Origin: an uncultured virus (IMG/VR IMGVR_UViG_3300042923_001406)
Lineage: Duplodnaviria; Heunggongvirae; Uroviricota; Caudoviricetes
IMG/VR virus record: IMGVR_UViG_3300042923_001406
Strand: one strand, 5' to 3'
DNA: 64,000 nt
Each line of letters opens with the position of its first letter. Position 1 is the stretch's first letter. Shown here piece after piece: positions 58,325 through 64,000 of the stretch. Both the position numbers and the translations under genes were made by a program. The notes below the pieces were generated by a model, which worked only from the letters and a program-made list of their open reading frames with translations, made no database searches and had not been told where the DNA came from.

Positions 58325-58939
58325 ATGATAACTAAATATTTAAATGGATATAGTGGTTATGGTTATACAGAAGAAGAAGCAATTAAAAACTGTAAAATAA
58401 TTAGTTTATTAACCAAGTTTACTACTATAAGTATGTATGAAGATGTTAAAGAAATAAGAAATAATTTATCTCCTTGGCACCCTAAAGAAAATACTTTATT
58501 TATAAGAGGAATAGGTTATATAACTTTTAAAAATAATTTATTAGATATAGGTAATGTAAAAGAAGAAATAACTTCTTTATTTGAAGTTATTTATAAAGCT
58601 TTAAGTAACAGATTAGATATATTAGAACTATTGTCTTGTTCTATTGAATTAGAACATTTTATTGATATAAATAAAATACCTTTTAATAAACTAAACACAT
58701 ATAATCAAATTTTATTAGAAGATATATTTATATCTGATGATAATACTAAATCTTTTATTGTTACAGATAAATACACTTTAATAATAATGATTAATAAAAT
58801 TGGAATAAAAAGAAATTCAGATGAGTATTATTATACTTGTTTATATAAAGATGAAAATGACATAAAAGATATAATATATTATATATCTTATATCAATGGT
58901 TATGAAAATATAGATAAAATTTTAGAAGGAGTAAGATAA
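58325..58939 (+). CDS. hypothetical protein
   Basis: AAGGAG RBS. Confidence 0.65.
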   Translation: MITKYLNGYSGYGYTEEEAIKNCKIISLLTKFTTISMYEDVKEIRNNLSPWHPKENTLFIRGIGYITFKNNLLDIGNVKEEITSLFEVIYKALSNRLDILELLSCSIELEHFIDINKIPFNKLNTYNQILLEDIFISDDNTKSFIVTDKYTLIIMINKIGIKRNSDEYYYTCLYKDENDIKDIIYYISYINGYENIDKILEGVR

Positions 58940-58942
58940 TAA

Positions 58943-60130
58943 ATGGCAACTTTTGTACGTTCTATGAAAGATATAATAGGACATAAATATATAGTAAATT
59001 ATTTAAATAATAAAATTGCACAAGATAAAGTTCCAGATGTTATCTTATTTTCAGGTATATCAGGAATTGGAAAAACAAGCATAGCAAAAATACTTGCTAT
59101 AGCAGTAAATGGATACAAGGAAAATTTATTTAAACCTATAATAGATGATAATTCATCTACTGATTGCATTAAACTATTTAATATGAGTTCAATAGGAGAT
59201 GAAACTGACTTAGTAGTGTCAGAATTACAATCAACATCCTTTTCATCTACAGGACGTAAAGTAATAATATTAGATGAAGTGCATGGTATGACTAAAAAAG
59301 CACAAGATGCTATATTAGTTACTTTAGAGTATTTACCAGAAAACATATATGTATTTTTATGTACAACAGAAAAAAGTTTACTTAGAGAATCCTTAGTGTC
59401 AAGATGTAAACAATTAGATTTAAACAATTTATCTTATAATGAAATAAAAGAATTAATTAATAATAAAATACAAGAAAGAGGATTAACATTTGATATAAAT
59501 AAAGATATGGTATTAAATTTAATAGCTAGTTGGTCTAATAATCAACCTAGACAAGCTATAAATTTATTAGAAGCATTTGAGATAAATTCTAGAGTTAATA
59601 AGGATGATTTATCTGCATTTATATCAACTAATAATGTTCCTATAATAATATCTTTATTAGGATATTTATATGGTTCGTTAACTAAAGGTATTGAATTTGT
59701 TGACACATTATCTATAACTCCAGATTTACTAGGAACTATGATTGAAGTTTTAAAAGTGGGTCTTGGTCATACTTCAAGTTTAGTTTCAAGAGAAGATAGT
59801 ATGAATATAAACAGGATATTAGCTACAGCCGATATTAATAATTATTTAAAATTTGTAGTTAAAGTTAATTCAACTGAAAGAATAAGTAAAAGAGTATTTA
59901 TAGCAAAATTCATAGAATGTCATTCGTCTATTTTAAATGGAAATATAAGTAATTTAAATATAGAGTCAAACATAAATAACTCTATAGCTGCTGACACTAG
60001 AACTATAGGTGATACTGCATTAGATAGATTAAGAAAAGAAGCTATTCCTGAAACTGATTTTGATAGAGAAGATAATCAAGCAGTTTCTATGGATACTTTA
60101 TTCAATTTAGGTAAGAAAGTAGAGGATTAA
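58943..60130 (+). CDS. dnaX: DNA polymerase III gamma/tau-like clamp-loader AAA+ ATPase
   Basis: DIIGH, FSG.SGIGKTS, IILDEVH.MT..AQDA.L.TLE, LCTTE and SRC; lacks the Zn module. Confidence 0.85.
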   Translation: MATFVRSMKDIIGHKYIVNYLNNKIAQDKVPDVILFSGISGIGKTSIAKILAIAVNGYKENLFKPIIDDNSSTDCIKLFNMSSIGDETDLVVSELQSTSFSSTGRKVIILDEVHGMTKKAQDAILVTLEYLPENIYVFLCTTEKSLLRESLVSRCKQLDLNNLSYNEIKELINNKIQERGLTFDINKDMVLNLIASWSNNQPRQAINLLEAFEINSRVNKDDLSAFISTNNVPIIISLLGYLYGSLTKGIEFVDTLSITPDLLGTMIEVLKVGLGHTSSLVSREDSMNINRILATADINNYLKFVVKVNSTERISKRVFIAKFIECHSSILNGNISNLNIESNINNSIAADTRTIGDTALDRLRKEAIPETDFDREDNQAVSMDTLFNLGKKVED

Positions 60131-60131
60131 T

Positions 60132-61007
60132 ATGAAATTAAATAAATCATTTGTGATTATATTTATATTCATATTAATTTTAAGTATAATTATACTTAGT
60201 GTTTATAAAGATTTAAATATTAAAGATATTATAAATTTAATAAATATTTTTAATAAAGAAAAATTATCAGAAGAAAGTATAAGTAACGTAAAATCTTTTA
60301 AACCTATGGATATAAAAGAAAATTTATTATATACAAAATATAATTATAACATTAATTATAATATACTATATTTTAATAATAACATTATATTTATGCCTAT
60401 ACCAGATGGTAAATATTTGTATAATTATAAAGATACTTTATATTTCGAAGATGGTTCTACTTATATTTCTGTTTCTACTAACAGAAATAAAATAAATGAA
60501 AAAGATGAATGTATAGTAAATGAATATAAAATTGGATTTAATAAACCTATAATTTTTGAAGTGGTACTTCCAAAATCTTATATTGTATTATATATAAAAT
60601 GTTATTCATCTGAGTCATACAGTTTTTATAAGGATTTAGATTATAATAAAATAAGCTTTAAAGAAAATAACTTAAATTTAGAAACTTTAAAAAAGGAATT
60701 TTATTTAATAGATGATAAGCTAAGTTATTTAGATAAAGTATATTTAGAAATAGTAGATAAATATAATAAAGATTTTGAAGGATATTCAGATTTTATTAAA
60801 TATAATGATAAGATATTTACCTATCATAGAAAAATAGGAGAACCAAGTGATAGTATTTTATATGAATATCATAATTTCAAGGGAATGGGTTATGAATTTA
60901 TAGAATATGGAAATTATTATGGAATAGAATATATAAAATTTAAAGAAGTATTAATATTAATAAAATATTTAACTTCTAATAGTATATTAATATATTATGT
61001 AAATTAA
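60132..61007 (+). CDS. N-terminally anchored hypothetical protein
   Basis: N-terminal TM helix. Confidence 0.65.
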   Translation: MKLNKSFVIIFIFILILSIIILSVYKDLNIKDIINLINIFNKEKLSEESISNVKSFKPMDIKENLLYTKYNYNINYNILYFNNNIIFMPIPDGKYLYNYKDTLYFEDGSTYISVSTNRNKINEKDECIVNEYKIGFNKPIIFEVVLPKSYIVLYIKCYSSESYSFYKDLDYNKISFKENNLNLETLKKEFYLIDDKLSYLDKVYLEIVDKYNKDFEGYSDFIKYNDKIFTYHRKIGEPSDSILYEYHNFKGMGYEFIEYGNYYGIEYIKFKEVLILIKYLTSNSILIYYVN

Positions 61008-61040
61008 AATAACAAAATAATCAAATATAGGAGATATAAT

Positions 61041-61832
61041 ATGAAATATAATTTAATAGATAATAGTAAAAATAAGGATATTTTAGAAGAGTTAATTAGT
61101 TCTTCTAATGGTGCTCTTTTAATAAATAGTAAAAATACATTTGTAGCCGTTACAATAATAGAAGAATTAAAGAAACTTACAGAATTTGATACATTTAAGT
61201 TATATAAGGACTCTATTATACTTAATCCAAATTCTAAAGCTGATGTAATAATTATAGTAACATCAAAAGATGATTTATCAGATTATTCTCATCAAGAATT
61301 AGAGTCTGATTTTCATATTGCTGAATTAGAGGTAAGTGAAGATAATAAAATGTTATTTAATATAAAAATGTCTTTAGCATCAGATAGAATAAATTTCAAT
61401 AACAAAAATAAGAATAAAAGAACAAAAGTTAAAAATTTAAAATTAGAAATACAGCAATATCTTAAAACAAATAATGTTCTACTAATGCAAGAATTAAATA
61501 AAGATGTTATTGATATAATATTATCTGAATCTGATAAAGTAGGAGTTTATAATAATTATGATGATTTTATGGAAGAGAAAGAAAATAATATATTAAAAAA
61601 TAATATAATTATTTTAGATTTTAATATTGATTATCATAATTCAGTTTTAATAGATTTAATATACAATATATTAAGTAATAATAAAATTATAGTGTGTGAT
61701 TGTAGTTGGTTAAATTACTTTTTATATATGAGTGTAAATAAAATAGGTATTAATTTAGTTTCTACTATTATTTATACAGACAAAATATTGAAACCAAAAG
61801 GAAATATACCACTTTATTTAAAAGAGGAATAG
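61041..61832 (+). CDS. hypothetical protein
   Basis: GGGAG RBS. Confidence 0.65.
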   Translation: MKYNLIDNSKNKDILEELISSSNGALLINSKNTFVAVTIIEELKKLTEFDTFKLYKDSIILNPNSKADVIIIVTSKDDLSDYSHQELESDFHIAELEVSEDNKMLFNIKMSLASDRINFNNKNKNKRTKVKNLKLEIQQYLKTNNVLLMQELNKDVIDIILSESDKVGVYNNYDDFMEEKENNILKNNIIILDFNIDYHNSVLIDLIYNILSNNKIIVCDCSWLNYFLYMSVNKIGINLVSTIIYTDKILKPKGNIPLYLKEE

Positions 61833-61833
61833 T

Positions 61834-62223
61834 ATGAGACCTTTATACACTAAGATTAAAGTAACCAATAATACACAAACCCAGAAATTACCTATATTTG
61901 ATCAATTAAGACTATTATTAGGAAAAGTATCAGATGATGAAAATATTCAGATGGAAGCAGAAGAGAAGATATCAAAAGCTAATATAGAGATGAAATCTTC
62001 TTTATCTAATTTGATAGATTCTGTAACTAAAAAGATGAATGAAATTGGAAGTTCTAGTGTAACTTTATCTATATCTTCGAGATTTAAACCTTATTTTGAA
62101 AGTGTTTTATCGTCTACTAATGGTAAAGGAAGATTTTATAATTTTGAAATTGTAGATAATAATATGTCTATAAAGGATGCTGATTATTTCATTATAATGA
62201 AAATAATTAAAAAGGAGGATTAA
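61834..62223 (+). CDS. hypothetical protein
   Basis: GAGG RBS, operonic. Confidence 0.7.
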   Translation: MRPLYTKIKVTNNTQTQKLPIFDQLRLLLGKVSDDENIQMEAEEKISKANIEMKSSLSNLIDSVTKKMNEIGSSSVTLSISSRFKPYFESVLSSTNGKGRFYNFEIVDNNMSIKDADYFIIMKIIKKED

Positions 62224-62224
62224 T

Positions 62225-63301
62225 ATGAGTTTTTTAAATAAATTAAAAGATATATTTACTTATTCTGGAGAAACAGAAGAGGATAACAGTATAAATAAAT
62301 CAGAGGAATTAGACAGCATAGATTTAAGAGAGGATAATTTTAGATTAAACTTAGATAATCCTCTAAAATATATAAAAAATGTAGTGAATAATAATAAACA
62401 AAAAATAAAAAATAATATAATTGAAAAACAAAATAATGTATCAAGAAACACATTAAACAAATTATATACTTTTATTCATCTAAGAATAGAATATAAATTA
62501 AATAAAGGAAAACCAGTTGAAGAAGGTATACTACTTTATAAAAGATTTTTAGAAGATAAAGTCATAGATGAAGGTATGTATTCTGATACTGATTTACTAT
62601 ATGTAAAAGAACTTATAAATATAATGAAATCATTATATGAAAATGAAAATAAAGAATATATAAATATAGAAGACATAGTTGATGAATTATGTTCTAATAA
62701 ATATATTTTTAATATACTAGAAATTTTAGAAATACAACAAAAATTTATGTTTTTAGATTATTTTATAAATAAATCATATATAGTATGTGGGTATTCTTAT
62801 ATATCAGAGTCTAATAATAATATAAATGATATTATTAAATCATTAAATAAAGGTGTATTTAAATTAGAATTAGATAATATAATATTTATAATAGTTAATG
62901 AATTATCAAGTGTTATATCAAATGATAATGAGTTGAATGTTAAAATAGATTATATTTCTTCTAAGTTAAAGACGTTTTTAAAACAATACTTATTAGATAA
63001 TAAAAATATAATACCATTATTTTTAAAGTATAATAATTTATTTGATGATAATAATATTAAAGAAAATAGTAATGTAAACTTAGAAATAAATAATTCAATA
63101 GAGACTTTAAGAAACAAATTTATAAACTTATATAAGCCTTTAACAGATTTAGAAAATGAAGATATTAGTATAACTGATTTAAAATCAGCTATAGAAGATA
63201 TTAATAATAATATTTCATTAGAAGATTATACAATGTCTCAAGAAGAGTATAAAATATTAAAATCTTTAGAAGAAAGATATGATTTAATGAAAGAGAGGTA
63301 A
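62225..63301 (+). CDS. hypothetical protein
   Basis: AGGAGG RBS. Confidence 0.7.
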   Translation: MSFLNKLKDIFTYSGETEEDNSINKSEELDSIDLREDNFRLNLDNPLKYIKNVVNNNKQKIKNNIIEKQNNVSRNTLNKLYTFIHLRIEYKLNKGKPVEEGILLYKRFLEDKVIDEGMYSDTDLLYVKELINIMKSLYENENKEYINIEDIVDELCSNKYIFNILEILEIQQKFMFLDYFINKSYIVCGYSYISESNNNINDIIKSLNKGVFKLELDNIIFIIVNELSSVISNDNELNVKIDYISSKLKTFLKQYLLDNKNIIPLFLKYNNLFDDNNIKENSNVNLEINNSIETLRNKFINLYKPLTDLENEDISITDLKSAIEDINNNISLEDYTMSQEEYKILKSLEERYDLMKER

Positions 63302-63306
63302 ACATA

Positions 63307-64000
63307 ATGTTTGAGAGGATTATATATTTTATAGGAAGATGTTTATCTAATATTTTTGGATTTGTATCTAGTATAAAAGATAATATAACAGTAGAAACAA
63401 ATATGATGAAAAATCAAGTAAAGTCTACTACAATAAAAACTAAGAGTATGATAAATGTTTCTATTAGTGAAGATAGTCATATAAATTATTTTAATAAACG
63501 TGTAATAACAGAATTTTTAAAAGTAATAGCTTCTTTATTAGAATATAAATATAATAAAGATAGCAATCTTTATGTAGTGTATTTAGTTAGAAAGAAAAAT
63601 AAATATAATATAGAATATATAAAGTTTACTAGAGATAATAAAGAATCTAAAATAACAAATATAACATACACATATATAAATAAGTTAATATCTACTACTG
63701 GTATATCAGTTAATATAGGTAGAACAGATAAAGATATATTAAATATAGATGAAAATGTTATTAAATGTGTATTAGATTCTATTAACACAAATAAATCACC
63801 TTTATATATATTATATAATATAAATGACAATATAGAAATAGGTAATGACAATTTTATATATGATTGTTGGGTGCTTACTTCAAAAATAATCTTACACAAA
63901 ACAGAATCATATTTTAATAATAAATCATATTTTAATGAAGTTGAATATTTAACTAAAAAGGCTGGATTACATGTCGTAATGTCTTATTTTAAGAGTATTA
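63307..64000 (+). CDS. hypothetical protein, runs off the window end (not in the ORF track)
   Basis: GAGG RBS; the frame MFERIIYFIGRC... stays open to the end. Confidence 0.65.
   Translation, partial: MFERIIYFIGRCLSNIFGFVSSIKDNITVETNMMKNQVKSTTIKTKSMINVSISEDSHINYFNKRVITEFLKVIASLLEYKYNKDSNLYVVYLVRKKNKYNIEYIKFTRDNKESKITNITYTYINKLISTTGISVNIGRTDKDILNIDENVIKCVLDSINTNKSPLYILYNINDNIEIGNDNFIYDCWVLTSKIILHKTESYFNNKSYFNEVEYLTKKAGLHVVMSYFKSI

Noticed and set aside
3079..63899. Minus-strand ORFs in the ORF track (e.g. 4028-4408, 37923-38423, 52679-53089, 58999-59427)
   Set aside because: Nearly all lie antisense to well-supported + strand genes, are Ser/Leu/Ile/Phe-rich shadows of A-rich coding sequence, and show no recognisable motifs.
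1..64000. Alternative genetic code, tRNA/rRNA genes, virion structural genes
   Set aside because: ORFs tile densely under code 11 with all three stop codons used. I saw no cloverleaf or rRNA-like GC-rich tract and no terminase, portal or capsid motifs, although divergent ones could be missed by eye.

Overview
A very AT-rich (roughly 20-25% GC by eye), gene-dense 64 kb segment in which essentially every credible gene is on the + strand, with Bacillota-type Shine-Dalgarno sites. I see no rRNA, tRNA, CRISPR array, transposase, chromosomal housekeeping operon or recognisable virion gene. The content points to a large extrachromosomal element (megaplasmid or jumbo-phage-like) of a Clostridia/Bacillota host; this is inference. 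It carries its own dispersed replication and repair kit: a minimal family-A DNA polymerase, separate 3'-5' and 5'-3' exonucleases, RNase H, a Toprim primase, UvrD, a DnaX-like clamp loader, a possible clamp, a split SbcC/Rad50 with SbcD, UDG and a pyrimidine-dimer glycosylase. It also carries a ParM/ParR-like partition pair, GreA, an FtsK/EssC-like ATPase beside two WXG100-like proteins, a PilB/GspE-family ATPase, a signal peptidase, a giant SLH surface protein, a two-RimK cassette, and Macro/NADAR/SLOG genes. The main non-coding signals are a fixed-spacing bipartite motif (TTTAAAAA-N12-AGACATATATACTTG) at five operon starts, a duplicated hairpin flanking the RimK cassette, and a palindrome-packed ~530 bp intergenic region. 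All product calls come from reading motifs by eye; no database searches were run.
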